Source of the DNA: Octopus sinensis
Taxonomy: Eukaryota
DNA: 64,000 nucleotides
NCBI RefSeq assembly: GCF_006345805.1
Contig: NC_042998.1
Span: 82,956,001 to 83,020,000, forward strand
Reading direction: 5' to 3'
Position numbers and translations under genes: made by a program. This document shows positions 12,235 through 24,377 of the stretch, in pieces. Each line of letters starts with the position of its first letter. The stretch's first letter is position 1. The notes beneath the pieces are model-generated. The model saw only the letters and a list, made by a program, of their open reading frames with translations, made no database searches and had not been told where the DNA came from.

Positions 12235-12985
12235 CAGGGTTATTAGAAAAAAAATGAACAGATTTTATTTCCCAGTATTTTAACTCCTTTGTTATCAACC
12301 CGGCTGAAACAAGCTCTGGCTCTGAAGTACAAATGTCTTGTTTCATAAGTTTTGAATTAAAAGCTTCCACCAAACCTTAGTCACAATTTATGTTTCTAAC
12401 TAGCTTAATGGTAACTAAGTTATTTTACTAAATTCTTTGTTATATTTAAAGTAATTGAAAGCAAAACAGAGCATCTCAAAATAAATACAGTAACAAAAGG
12501 GTTAATATGGAAAAGCAATAGAAAACTCCAGCTAAGCCACAAGAATTTACTCACAATCAACTTTTATTTCCTGTCTTACAAGTGTTCAATGTGGCCACCA
12601 CCTGCAGCACAGGCTACATCAATGCGATAAGAGAATTCCTCCCAGACACATATCAGCATATCACGATCCACTGAGTTAATCACTGTTGTTATTCGATGTT
12701 TTTGATTTTTTTTTTTTTGTCCCACTAATCTCGATGACCTTAAACATCGAATAACAACAGCAATCAACTCAGTGAATCGTGATATGCTGATACACGTCTG
12801 GGAAGAATTCTCTTATCGTATTGATGTTGCCTGTGCTGCAGGTGGTGGTCACATTGAACACTTGTAAGACAGGAAATAAAAGTTGATGTTAAGTAAATAT
12901 TTGTCACTTAGCTGGAGATTTCTATTGCTTTTCCTTATTAAAATATTACATAATGAAATCGGTTCATTCTCTTTGAATAACCCTG
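12235..12985. mobile_element. Palindromic Tc1/mariner-type MITE made of two 3' ends
   Basis: Ends CAGGGTTATT...AATAACCCTG|TA; both arms encode a transposase C-terminus (PTNLDDLKHRITTAINSVNRDMLIHVWEEFSYRIDVACAAGGGHIEHL* on +; ORF 12576-12767 on -). Confidence 0.8.
12284..12501. mobile_element. piggyBac-like MITE (TTAA-flanked) nested in Tc1 MITE
   Basis: TTAA at 12280-12283 and 12502-12505; ends CTCCTTT..AAAGGG; same element at 17832-18052 and 43440-43661. Confidence 0.75.
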
Positions 12986-13804
12986 TATAGGGGAGGGTGG
13001 GTGTGAGTAGCTGGATGGAAGACAAAGATGGCAGTTATGAGGTGTTGGGGAGTCCTCTCAAGGTATAGGAAGGTGAGTACAGGAGAGAATACAAACAGGA
13101 GTTTAGGAAGGATGGGTGGGTGAGTTCATATGAACATGAGAATGGAGTGATATATGGTTAGGTGAGCTGGCAGAATCATTAGCACGCCGGGCAAAATGCT
13201 TAGTGGCATTTCATCTGCCGAGGTCAACTTTGCCTTTCATTCATTGGGGTCGATTAAATAAGTACCAGTTGTGTACTGCAGTTGATCTAATCGACTGCCC
13301 CCCCTCTCCAAAACTTTTAGACCTTGCGCACTGGGGTCGATGTAACTGACTTAATCTCTTTGTCCTTGTTTGTCCCCTCTATGTTTAGCCCCCTGTGGGC
13401 AATAAAGAAATAGATATATAGTCAGGTGGTGAAGTTAGAGGTGACCATAATGAATGATGAAGAAGAGAAGAGATGCAATCAATAGTAAATATCAGCATGG
13501 TGGGGCAGAGGAGGTGATAAATGGTAGCAGAGGAAGCAAGGAGAGCAGCTGTAGATAGATGAAGAAATAACTACAGCTTTTGACGTTCGGAGTTCAAATC
13601 CAGCCAAGTTCGAATCCAAACTTCGCCTTTCATCTTTCTTCTATTAATGAAGTACCAGTCAAATACTAGGGGTCAATGTGCAGAGAACTAACTAACTGTC
13701 CTTAAAATTTCTGGCTTTGTATCCACATTAGAAACCTTTATTATTCTTAGTCCTCTTCTCAATAAAATTTTCTCCTAAATCATCTGCATCAGCTATAAGC
13801 ACCT

Positions 13805-14005
13805 TCTTTGAGGTGGCAATGGCAGTGATGGATGCAATTGTGGTGGTGGTGGTGGCGGCAGCGGTGGTTGTGGTGATGGTGGCTGCGGCAGCGGCAGTGG
13901 TTGTTGTGGCAATGGTAATGGTGCCAGTGGCAGCAGTGGTGGTTGTGGTGATGGTGGCAGTGGCGGCAGTGATGGTGACGTAGGCATCAGCAGTGGTGAC
14001 CTGCA
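13805..14005. repeat. (GTG/GCA/GCG)-type low-complexity tract
   Basis: Degenerate trinucleotide repeat producing poly-T/A and poly-P ORFs. Confidence 0.85.
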
Positions 14006-14428
14006 TGGAAATTACTGACACAATAGAACACAAGCCAGGATATTTCAGTCTATCTAGTTTGATTCTTCTAGGGTAGCAATTTAGAGGCTTCCAACAGAGA
14101 GAGATTGTGCCTTTGTCCACATTGTGAACAGGCTTTTCATTAAAGTGGATAATGAAATCATCCTACTAAGCAGAGAGTCTTCAATAGATTCAATCCAGAC
14201 TCGAGGAATTAAGAGAGAGAAAGATTATCATCAAATTCCATCAATATATTAACTTATCAAATGCATTCCCTTGCTACTATTATAATGCATTATGAATATG
14301 CATTTTTGGGAGTGATGTACAACAAAACACTCCCAGAGGATTAACTGCAATTAATTTGAACCCATTATATTGCCAAACAATTGGAACAAATGTCTCAGTA
14401 AATGTGAATGGTATTGTATGTACTCATA

Positions 14429-14710
14429 AGATATATTTGCCAACTAAATGTGGTGGTCCTGAAGGGGACAGTGCTACTGTTGTTTTTAGCCCCAGGAAGA
14501 GATCTCCTCCAGCTGGCCAATGACACACAGTCTGTGTCCAATTAGTATCTGCGAGGGAGGTCATCACTCCCATCTTTAGCCTCCCTTGCAAATACTAATC
14601 ATACCAGACTGTGTGTCGTTGGCCAGCTGGAGGAGATGTCTTCCTGGAGCTAAAAACAACAGTAGCACCGTCCTCTATAGGACCACCACATTTAGTTGGC
14701 AAATATATCT
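14429..14710. mobile_element. Foldback MITE with ~135-bp arms, TA-flanked
   Basis: TA|agatatatttgccaactaaatgtggtggtcct ... aggaccaccacatttagttggcaaatatatct|TA; arms pair to a ~19-nt loop. Confidence 0.85.
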
Positions 14711-15326
14711 TAAGATTCTGTACTGTTACTGTTTATCTCTTACTCAGAGAGTTAATATAACCTATCTCTCCCATTCTATGTACTGTTGTATAAAATAGAA
14801 ATTACACATTCAAAAACTAAATAGAATACTTAAGATTTATCTTTCAATCAAATAGAAAATAGAAAAAACAATGTTTAATGTTTAGCATCATTTTTTATAC
14901 TTTCTTTTTTTTTTAATGTATGAAATCTCATATCTTACATCTGATAATAGAGGTTATGTAATTGTGAATTAAGCTCAGATCTGATTTTTATTGTTGAGAT
15001 AAGAGGGACTGAATGCTCATGGATCAGTAGTTCAAACCCATGGCAAGTATTTCATTATTTATGATCAATGTTTTTTTTTGTTCTTTTTTTTTTCTAAATT
15101 GTTGAGTATGCCCAGCACTTTGTAATCATCTCTATCCTGCTGTCTCTCACTCTTTCTCTCTCTCCTTCTCCTGCACTTCCCTCAGACTGGGTAACCATGG
15201 TTTTCCTTTGCAGCAGCGCACCTGCTTCTGTTTTCATTCTTGATCTCTCTCTCTCTTTCAATCTCTCTCATCCACTCTCTTCCTCTCACTCTCTCTCTTT
15301 TCCTCTCACTCTCTCTCTTCCTCTCC

Positions 15327-15357
<31 letters not shown>

Positions 15358-15804
15358 ACCAGCCAGGTAACCTTGTACCTCATCTACAGCATGATATCTG
15401 TTTCTCTCTCTCTGTCTCACTATAACCTTTCATCATCCAACACAAGATCACCTTACCAGCTCACAGATGCCAGGAAGAAGTGTAAGGCCAGGAGATGGAT
15501 TAAGTTTATCACCAAGAACAGGAACAATCCCTCCAACAAGCTTTCAAGCAGTTTCCAACTACCAAATTTCATGCTCACAAGCTTTCATACCCTCAACCTG
15601 AGTCCACAGTAGGAAGCTTTTTCCTAAAATACCATGCAATGGAACTGAACCTGAAACCATTTGCTTACAAGAAAAGCTTCTTACATTACATTCATCTCTG
15701 CTTTTAAATTTAAGTCATTTAGATTTAAATGACATATGCATGGCATGGCACAGGCATTGCTGTGAGGTAATTAGTTTGCTTTGCAGCTACAACATGCTTG
15801 CCAA

Positions 15805-16150
15805 TTGATTGATGGATGGATGAATGAATGAATGAATGAATGAATGGACAGATGGATGGATGGAGGAATGGATGGATGGATGGATGAATGGATGGATGAG
15901 TAGATGGTGGGATGGAGGGGTGAATGGAGGGATGGAGGGATGAATAGATTGCTGGATGGATGGATGAATGGATGGTTGGAGGGAGGGAGGGAGGGAAGGA
16001 TGGATGGATGAACGGATGGAGGGAGGGAGGAATGAATGGATGGATGGAGGGATGGAGGGAGGGAGGGATGAAGGAATGAATGGACAGATTGATGGATGGA
16101 TGGATGGAGGAATGGATGAATGGATGGACAGATAAATGGATGGATGACTG
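15805..16150. repeat. (GGAT/GAAT/GGAG)n tetranucleotide satellite
   Basis: Directly visible. Confidence 0.95.
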
Positions 16151-16165
16151 GATATATACACACAC

Positions 16166-16324
16166 CAGGGGCAGACTGAGAGTATTAAGGGCCCTCGAGC
16201 ATAACTGTTTACCAGGTTCCTTTGAATGTGTGTTTTAGTAAAGTTAGCATGTAGAGTGCATGGCCCTCAGAGCTCTTGGGCCCTCGAGCAGTGCTGGAGT
16301 GACCAATGACTCAGTCTATCCCTG
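16166..16324. mobile_element. hAT-like MITE
   Basis: TIR CAGGGGCAGACTGAG / CTCAGTCTATCCCTG; ACACACAC on both sides (8-bp TSD); internal direct repeat gggccctcgagca x2. Confidence 0.7.
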
Positions 16325-16384
16325 ACACACACACATATATTCATATAGATAATATATCTACATATATGTGTGTATATTCTTTAA

Positions 16385-16760
16385 TTCTTTAACTTGTATC
16401 AGTCATGCTGGAGCACTGCCTTTATTCAAACAAATCAACCCCAGGACTTATTCTTTATAAACCTAGTACTTATTTTATTGGTCTCTTTTGCCAAACCACT
16501 AAGTTATGGGGATGTAAACACACCAACATTGGTTGTTGAGCGATGGTGGGGGAACAGACACAGCTACACAAGCATATACATATATATATATATATATATG
16601 ACAGGCTTCTTTCAGTTTCCATCTATCAAATCCACTCACAAGGCTTTGGTCATCCTGAGGCCATAGAAAACACTTGCCCAAGATGCCATGTAGTGAGACT
16701 GAACCCAGAACTATGTGGTTGGGAAGCAAGCTTCTTACCACATTGCCATGCTTGCACCTA
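16385..16760 (-). mobile_element. SINE family A
   Basis: Reverse complement of the 61-440 type with internal (TA)n. Confidence 0.75.
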
Positions 16761-16788
16761 TAATGGACAAGTTCTCACGTGTGTGTGT

Positions 16789-16875
<87 letters not shown>

Positions 16876-16964
16876 AGGTGAATTCACAAAAATACAAAAG
16901 TCAAAGACAAGTGGTGTAGACAACAAACTGATGTATTAGTTTAATGCTTGAGAAGTGAAGAAGT

Positions 16965-17000
16965 CTTTAACGTTTCGAGCCTACGCTCTTCCACAGAAAG
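16965..17000 (-). ncRNA. Candidate minimal type-I hammerhead ribozyme variant in a Penelope-like remnant (~16872-17050)
   Basis: Minus strand CUUU-CUGUGGAA-GAGC(GUAG)GCUC-GAAA-CGUU-AAAG: stem I CUUU/AAAG, stem II, GAAA, palindromic stem III AACGUU. Core deviates from CUGANGA. Confidence 0.5.
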
Positions 17001-17074
17001 GAACACAGAAAGAAACAGGGATAGAAAATAAAGAATGTATAGTGGCTAGCAACACACATACATACATTTTATAC

Positions 17075-17106
<32 letters not shown>

Positions 17107-17571
17107 TATATAAAATGTATGTATGTATGTGTGTATGTGTATATCTCTTTCTCTGGACATTGCACACTTATTTCAAACAAACTGAGGCATCATGCAAGCT
17201 GTAACATTTGTTTGCAAGCTTTTGTGAAAACAGGTGCGGACAAGGGAGAAAAAATAATAACTGTCTTGAAAATAGGTAAGGGTTGGCAACAGGAAGGGCA
17301 TCTGGCTGCAGAAAAGTCTGCCTCAATGAATCCCCTCACACCCACCTAAGCATAATATAGAAAAGTAAACCTCTTAAACACGATGATTATTACAAGGGAA
17401 TCAATTTGAATCCTTTTCAAGATATGAGCCCCACCTCCACCCTTGCACCAATAGTAAATCATACTAGCCTGAGGTAATGTTCAGGATTATGAGGACTTAC
17501 ACATTGAATGCATTAACAGTTAAGTATTTGAAACAGCGACATAAATCGATGCTAGTGGTAGCTTGTTGGCT

Positions 17572-17585
17572 GTTACCATAGCAAC
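17572..17585. promoter_or_regulatory. RFX X-box motif
   Basis: GTTACCATAGCAAC matches the palindromic RFX consensus GTTRCC-AT-RGYAAC; lies in non-repetitive sequence with several retained CpGs. Confidence 0.65.
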
Positions 17586-17609
17586 TCAGCCATCTGCACT
17601 ACCAGAAAG
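17586..17609 (+). other. Candidate non-coding first exon (5' boundary unknown)
   Basis: Donor ccagaaag|GTGACA at 17610; 107-nt intron ends in poly-T tttcAG at 17716. Confidence 0.35.
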
Positions 17610-17762
17610 GTGACACTAACCAGTTATCCAAAGTTAACAGAATTATATAATTTTATTTCTTCATGCAAGGGAATGTTACTATGGTAATTGTCTTGATTTT
17701 TTTTTTGATTTTTCAGGAGGGGGAAGTCGAGTTCGTTTTCTTTTTTTAAGAAGCAAGTCAAG

Positions 17763-17800
17763 ATGGTCATATCAATTCTATTTAGAAGTCTAGAAAGAAG
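17763..17800 (+). CDS. Candidate small gene, coding exon 1 (MVISILFRSLER; exon starts 17717)
   Basis: Acceptor ttttttgatttttcAG|17717; ATG at 17763; donor aagaag|GTAATT; ends phase 2. Confidence 0.55.
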
Positions 17801-17831
17801 GTAATTAGGTACCATTGTTCAGAGCCTTTAA

Positions 17832-18052
17832 CCCTTTTGTTACCATATTTCTGTTGTGATACTCTGTGTTTCTTTCAATTAATTCTAAATATAACAAAGA
17901 ATTTAGTAAAATAACTTAGTTATCATTAAGCTAGTGTTAGGAACATAAATTGCGACTAAGGTTTAGTGGAAGATTTTAATTCAAAACTTATGAAAACAAG
18001 ACATCTGTACTCAGAGCCAGAGGCGGTTTCAGCCGCGTTGGTAACGAAAGGG
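17832..18052. mobile_element. piggyBac-like MITE
   Basis: TTAA|CCCTTT...AAAGGG|TTAA. Confidence 0.8.
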
Positions 18053-18816
18053 TTAAAGCCTATGTATAAATATGTTATGCTAATGTAGTTTATGTTCAAT
18101 TTTAATTCCTCCTCCTCTTCTACTTCCTTCACCTCCTCCTCCTCTTCCACCAACACCCCGTCCACTTCCTCCTCCATCTCCTCCTCATCATCACCACTAC
18201 CACTGCCACTACCACTGCCACGACCACCACCTCTGATCTTTATCATCATTTAACATCCATTTTCCATGCTGGCATAGGCTTGATTAAAGGATGAAGGGTA
18301 AAAAAAAATAGGTAGAAAAAGGGATTTCTAAGAAAAGCAATCTCAGAATTTATTCAAAGAGCCTCCAATGAAGATGACAGTAAGAAGTATAAAATGGAGA
18401 TGGTGAGCAGAAACTGTCATAAAAAGTAACAGCTCAAAGGGGTACTGACTGCAGTTTAAGTGACAGAAGATAGGATATTGTTTGGTGATAGACAAAAAGT
18501 TGTGAAATATTTATAACTGAAAGTATGAAGTCGGGTTTTGGTGAAAAAATAAATAAAAGGGAAAATAAATTTATTAATAATCTCTCCTGAAACTGATGAC
18601 AGGTTAGAAAGAGAGGTAAATATGTATTTCCAAGAAAACTAAGGTAAGAATTTTGATTTATTTTTTTCTTGATTGTATTAATAGGTGCAGGTGTGGCTGT
18701 GGGATTAAGAAGTTCGCTTCCCAGTGACATAATTTTGGATTCAGTCTCACTGAGTGACACTTTGGGCAAGTATCTTCTACTATAGCCCTGCGCCAACCAA
18801 AGCCTTCTTAGTGGGT

Positions 18817-18818
<2 letters not shown>

Positions 18819-18869
<51 letters not shown>

Positions 18870-20492
18870 TGTGTACAGTGCTCAGGTGCACTACAACTCA
18901 TCTAAAGTGTATATATAATCAGGTGTAGTTTCGACGGATTTCGGGAAGCATGAGGGCCTTAAAGGATGCAGTGTCATGGCAGTCAACAACTGATGCAGGC
19001 AGTTTATTCCACGCTTCAGCAACCCTGAGCGTGAAAAAATGTTTCCGAAAGTCATGGGAGCTGTGCTGTTTTCTGACTTTGTAGGCATGTCCACGTGTGT
19101 TAGACACATGGAGATCAAAAAGGTGTTCAGTGTTGTTGTTGGTGAGGTGGTTGATAACCTTGTGGGTGTTTACCAAGTCCGTCGCCAGACGCCGGAGCTT
19201 CAGTGAATCCATGCCCAGGGAAACAAGGCGCTCAGAAGATATGGTAGGTGTCTGATGGAGGGTAGTGCGTTTGGTTGCACGTCTCTGGACAGATTCCAGG
19301 AGGTCAATGTTCTGAGCAAGATAGGGATTCCAAACTGATGATGCGAATTCCAAGTGGGTCGTACCATAGCTGTATACAGTTTTAAATAGATGGCTGGAGA
19401 GCGGCTAACAAAAGTCTTGCTGAGTGATGCCAAGACACCCTCGGCCTTCTTGACAATTTTAGAGATATGCTTTGTCCAACGCAAATCACTGCTGACAGTG
19501 ATGCCTAGGTCACGCTCGCAAGAGGATTTCTTGATATCAGTGTTGTGAAGGGAGTATGTGGACGCAAGGTTTTTTCTCCCAAAATGCATGGTGGTACACT
19601 TGTCCACAGCCAGTTTCAGTTGCCAGTCTGTGATCCATTGCTGCATTGTGTCTAGGTCTGATTGCAGGAAAGAGTTGTAGACATCAGGATCAGTCCTCTT
19701 GATTTCAAGGTACAGCTTGATGTCGTCTGCATATTTCAATACTGTGGCATTCTTTAAATTGGCATCTATGTCATTAATGTATGCCACAAACAGGAGGGGA
19801 CCAAGGACAGATCCCTGTGGTACACCCGATGACATCTCATATGGTGTAGAGTGCTGTCCTAGAACTGTGACTACCTCCTTTCGGCTGAGGATGAAGGATT
19901 TCAACCAGTTAAAAAGGTCATCCCCCACACCCATTGCAGAGAGTTTCACCATAAGCCTTTTGTGTGGCACAGAGTTGAAAGCCTTAGCAAAGTCAAGGTA
20001 GACAACATCCACCCATGAGCCACTGTCAGTGATCTGAGTAATGTCCTCAAGGAACTCGACAAGCTGGTCACTGCAGCTGGAGTTAGGGACAAATCCATAT
20101 TGTGAGGGTCGGATGAGACTGTGAGAGCTCCAGAAGTTCCAGAGTGTTTCTCTGACACACGATTCCATCAGTTTTGCAATACAGCTAGTGAGACTGACTG
20201 GGCGATAGTTGACAGGTGATGTGCGGTCACCCTTTTTGAACAGAGGAATGACACTGGCAGTTTTCCACTGCTCCGGAGTAGCACCATTGTTGAGACAGTA
20301 CTGGAAGAAAATAGCTGGTGTAAAAGGAAGTGCCTGCCACGTTTGAGAAGCAGGTATGTAACTCCATCGAGACCAGGGGAGGCATAGTTGCGCTTATTTT
20401 GAAGGTGACGTCGCAGCATTTCAGGTGTAAATTCCATAGTTGTTATGGAGTTTGCTGTTAGTGATGGTGAAGATGGTACATTTTGACTTTCC
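18819..20492 (-). mobile_element. 5'-truncated CR1-clade LINE nested in a family A SINE
   Basis: RT with YLDFAKAFNSVPH, GVPQGSVLGP, YADD; C-terminus RGHAYK..RKHFFTLRVAEAWNKLP; (TTA)n tail; SINE halves at 18684-18818 and 20493-20530. Confidence 0.9.
18919..20492 (-). pseudogene. CR1-type reverse transcriptase ORF2 fragment (two frameshifts)
   Basis: ORFs 20168-20437, 19200-20168 and 18919-19353 join with single-base shifts near 20312 and 19355. Confidence 0.88.
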
Positions 20493-20539
20493 TTAGTAGA
20501 AGGAAACTGAAAGAAACTTGTGATGTATGTCTCTTCTAT

Positions 20540-20775
20540 TTTTTAATTATTATAAATCTTCCATTAAGGAGGGAGTCGGTTTCCAACAAAGATACAAGGC
20601 TCCATATTTGGGATGTAGTTAACACAGACAAATTCACATTTGGAACTTAATAAAAGTCTTGTATATTTTTACTGTTCCACTCACAGATTGCACTTGTAAT
20701 GTACGAATTAGCTGGTCAGTTTCTCTTTCTGAAAATCCAAGTTTATCTAGATTCTCCTTTAAGCATTTACTAACA
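20540..20775 (-). mobile_element. 3' end of a probable REL-endonuclease (R4/Dong-like) LINE
   Basis: Minus strand KCLKENLDKLGFSERETDQLIRTLQVQSVSGTVKIYKTFIKFQM*; shorter homologue at ~25395-25525. Clade assignment is inferred. Confidence 0.55.
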
Positions 20776-20779
20776 TGTA

Positions 20780-20843
<64 letters not shown>

Positions 20844-20859
20844 ATGTATGTATGTACAA

Positions 20860-21215
20860 GAAACAGTTTTACAGCAAACTGGTTGAAGGTAATTGCACAC
20901 AAGGTGGACAGAAAATCTGCTTTCAGGATACATTTAAAGCCTCACTGAAGTGCTTTGAGATCAACCCAGACACCCAGGATATGCAAGCACAAGACTACCC
21001 AGCCTGATTACAAGAGAAGAAAGAAAACGTGAACTGTGCAAGTCTAGAACCAATTCCTTGCTTTCAATCCCACAGTGTCCAACCTGTGGCAGAGCCTTCG
21101 AAGCACACATCAGAGTGATTGACCACCACTGGACACAATGTGACCCGACTTCTTTTCCCATGTGATGTCCTTGGTCATTGTTGACAACAGACGAATTAAT
21201 AATAATGTACATGTA
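20860..21215 (+). mobile_element. BovB-like RTE 3' fragment with single C2H2 remnant
   Basis: GNCTQGGQKICFQDTFKASLKCFEINPDT; degenerate CPTCGRAFEAHIRVIDH; tail gacgaattaataataat. Confidence 0.7.
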
Positions 21216-21277
21216 AGTGATATAAGTGTATGTTTGTGTTTGTTGGTCTTCACATTGCAGTGTCATTCCTCTCTAAT

Positions 21278-21600
21278 CCTCATCATCATCATCGTTTAAC
21301 GTCTGCTTTCCATGCTGGCATGGGTTGGACAGTTTGACTGGGGCTGGCAAGCCAGGAGGCTGCACCAGGCTCCAGTCTGTTCTGGCAAGGTTTCTACAAC
21401 TGGATGCCCTTCCTAATGCCAACCACTTAGAGAGTGTAGTGGGTGTTTTTTACATACCACTGGCACGGGTCCAGTCAGGTGGCACTGGCAACAACCATGC
21501 TCAAATAGTGCTTTTTACATGCTACTGGCACGGGATCCACTCAAGCAGCACTGGCATTGACCACACTCGAATGGTGCTCTTTAGGTGTCACTGGCACATT
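21278..21600 (-). mobile_element. RTE 3' UTR/tail fragment
   Basis: catcatcatcgtttaacgtc..ccatgctggcatgggttggac; the same tail recurs >15 times (e.g. 11622, 32660, 33900, 37143, 40200, 41307, 42650, 44750, 48360, 49430, 56710, 57070, 60110, 61500, 62225). Confidence 0.8.
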
Positions 21601-23877
21601 ATATTGTGTATAAACATGTCAGGCCAATGGGAAATATTAACTTGCTTGGAAACAGGTGAATGTTGGCAACAGGAATCACATCTAGTAACAGAAAATCTAC
21701 CTCAGTAAAAATTCTGTTTCATGAATACAAGCATGGAACAGTGAATGTTAAAACAACAATGGTGATGATGGTTTTTCTTCAGCCCTAATGAAAACATCAG
21801 TCATTAGTAATGATTTAATAGTTATCTAGCAATACAGAGAGTAAAATATTAGTTTCAAGTTTTGGCAGAAGGCCAGCAATTTCAGGAGAAGGAATTAGTT
21901 AATTACATCATTCCAGTGCTTAACCCGTACTTATTTCATCGACCCTGAAAGGATGAAAAGCAAATTAACCTCAGCAGAATTTGAACTCAGAATGCAAAGA
22001 CAGATAAAACACCACTAAGCATTTTGTCTGGCATTTTTGTCTGGCATTGTAATGATTCTACTAGCTAGTTGCCTTAAAAATACAAAAGAAATTCCATTAA
22101 GTATCTTGTCTGGTATGCTAACTATTCTGCCATCTTGAAATTTTATGGAGAGTAAAATATTAAGAAGCACCATTTAGAGATATACAATAGAGATGTTTTC
22201 AAATTTGCAAAGCAGCTCCACTCAAGCTACCATGGAAAAAATACAAGTAAAACAAGAAAAAGTACAACAACAACAGTATTTCTACTATTACTGAAACAAT
22301 ATTTCATAAATAAAGAGAAGGCAATTTAATGATTAATATATAGATTGTGGGTAGTCTCCTGCCTCTTCTGCACAAGACTGCTTGCTACTTCAATTTTCTT
22401 TCCAGCTTTTACCTTGACTGTAATCATTGTTGCTTCATATCATGGAGTCAAATACAAACATTTCTCATTCAAACGATTTTTCTGACAATATTACAATTCT
22501 ACTTTACTGTTTCATTAACGTTGTACATACTAGACTTATGTTGCTAGAACCCGGAGGCAGCTTATAAAGAGCAGATGTTTTAAATTGCAATATCTCAATA
22601 AATATGATGTATGAGTACTGTTCAGAGGAAGTCATCATCATCACATACAGTTGGAAACCAATTATTCTGTACAGTTCAAAACGATATGAGAAGACAATTT
22701 TCTTTCTTTGTTTCTAGTGGCAATAATATATAATTTGGCTTTAAATTCCTGTGCTTTAACATACACTCAAATCTTCATATTTTTAATATATAATTATTAG
22801 AAAGTAAGATACTGTTGTTTAACATGTTAGCTTGTACATATCTGAGCCAGCAGTCTGGTTTTAGCTTCCAGTTAAAATTAATTTAGCATAATAATAATAG
22901 TGCCATAAAAAACATGAATTTCTTAGAATTTTACATACATATTCCCTCTTATGAATGTTTAACTAAAATAATAGAACTGCAGGCTTTTGTTTGATTTTTG
23001 TGAAAAATGGCAGCATTAAATCCTACAAACTGCAATTTACCAAAATATCCTTCAACCCTACAATGATCTTTTATATTACCCTACTGGATTTTTCTGTTTC
23101 AGAATACTTGGTATAAAACCACTTCCTCCTCTCTCAAATACACTCTCACTCAGTGGGGGCGGGGGTTCTATCTCATTTTTTCTTTATTTTGTCTTGCAAA
23201 GTTACTTGGTGACCTCACTAGTGTCAGCACCACAAGAAATGTACTCAGTACACATTGGAAAGTAGTTAGCATTAGGAAGACCATCTCACCTTAGAAACCA
23301 TGCTAGAGCCAATACTGGGACCTGATGCAGCTCTGCAGTACATTGGACCCTGTCAAACTGTTCAGCCCATGTCAGCCAGCATGGAAAGCAATTGTTGCTG
23401 ATGGTGATGATGGGGGTAACGATGGTGGTGGTGGTGGTAGACTGAGCTGTTGTGAGTAAAGTGTATTTTATAGCTGTTTGGTTCAGAAGTTTGCTTTCCA
23501 ACCACAGAGTTTGGGATTCAGAAATACTAAACAGCACCTCAGTTCAATGTCAACTGTTTTAATTTAAACCAACATATATATATATATATATATATATAAA
23601 CCACAGAACTTTCCAAAACTAGAAACCATTAATTAAGTATTATCCTAGCCTAATAAGATTATCCATGAAATCAATCAAGCAATATCAACATAAGTAATCA
23701 CTATAAACCATGAGCCCAAAAACACATACATATCATCATCATCATTGTCATTTAACATCTATTCTCCATGCTGCAATAGGTTGGGTAGTTTGACAGGAGC
23801 TGCTCCAAGCTTTTCGGTCTGCTTTGGCATTTCTATGACTAAATGTCCTTTCTAATGCCAATGATACATACATACAT

Positions 23878-23908
<31 letters not shown>

Positions 23909-24139
23909 GTAGGGGTGGGCATGTATGTGTTTGAATATTCACATTCTACATTTTTGCTAGTCCCCCATTTAAGCAAAATAATGTTATGTTTATATTCTCT
24001 GTTGACAACATGACTTTGGTCTCCATACTAGAAAACTACATAAGTGTTGGCAACAGGAAGAGCATCCAGCTATAAAATTCTGCCTCAAATAAGTCCTTAT
24101 CCAGCACTTGCCACCATAGAAAAAAGAATGGATATTCAA

Positions 24140-24324
24140 CAGGAGTCGCTGTGTGGTTAGTAGCTTGCTTACCAACCACATGGTTCCGGGTTGGTTCACA
24201 CTACGTGGCACCTTGGGCAAGTGTCTTTTACTATAGCCTCTGACCGACCAAAGCCTTGTGAGTGATTTTGGTAGACAGAAACTGAAAGAAGCCCATCATA
24301 TATATATATATACATGTAAATATA

Positions 24325-24377
<53 letters not shown>

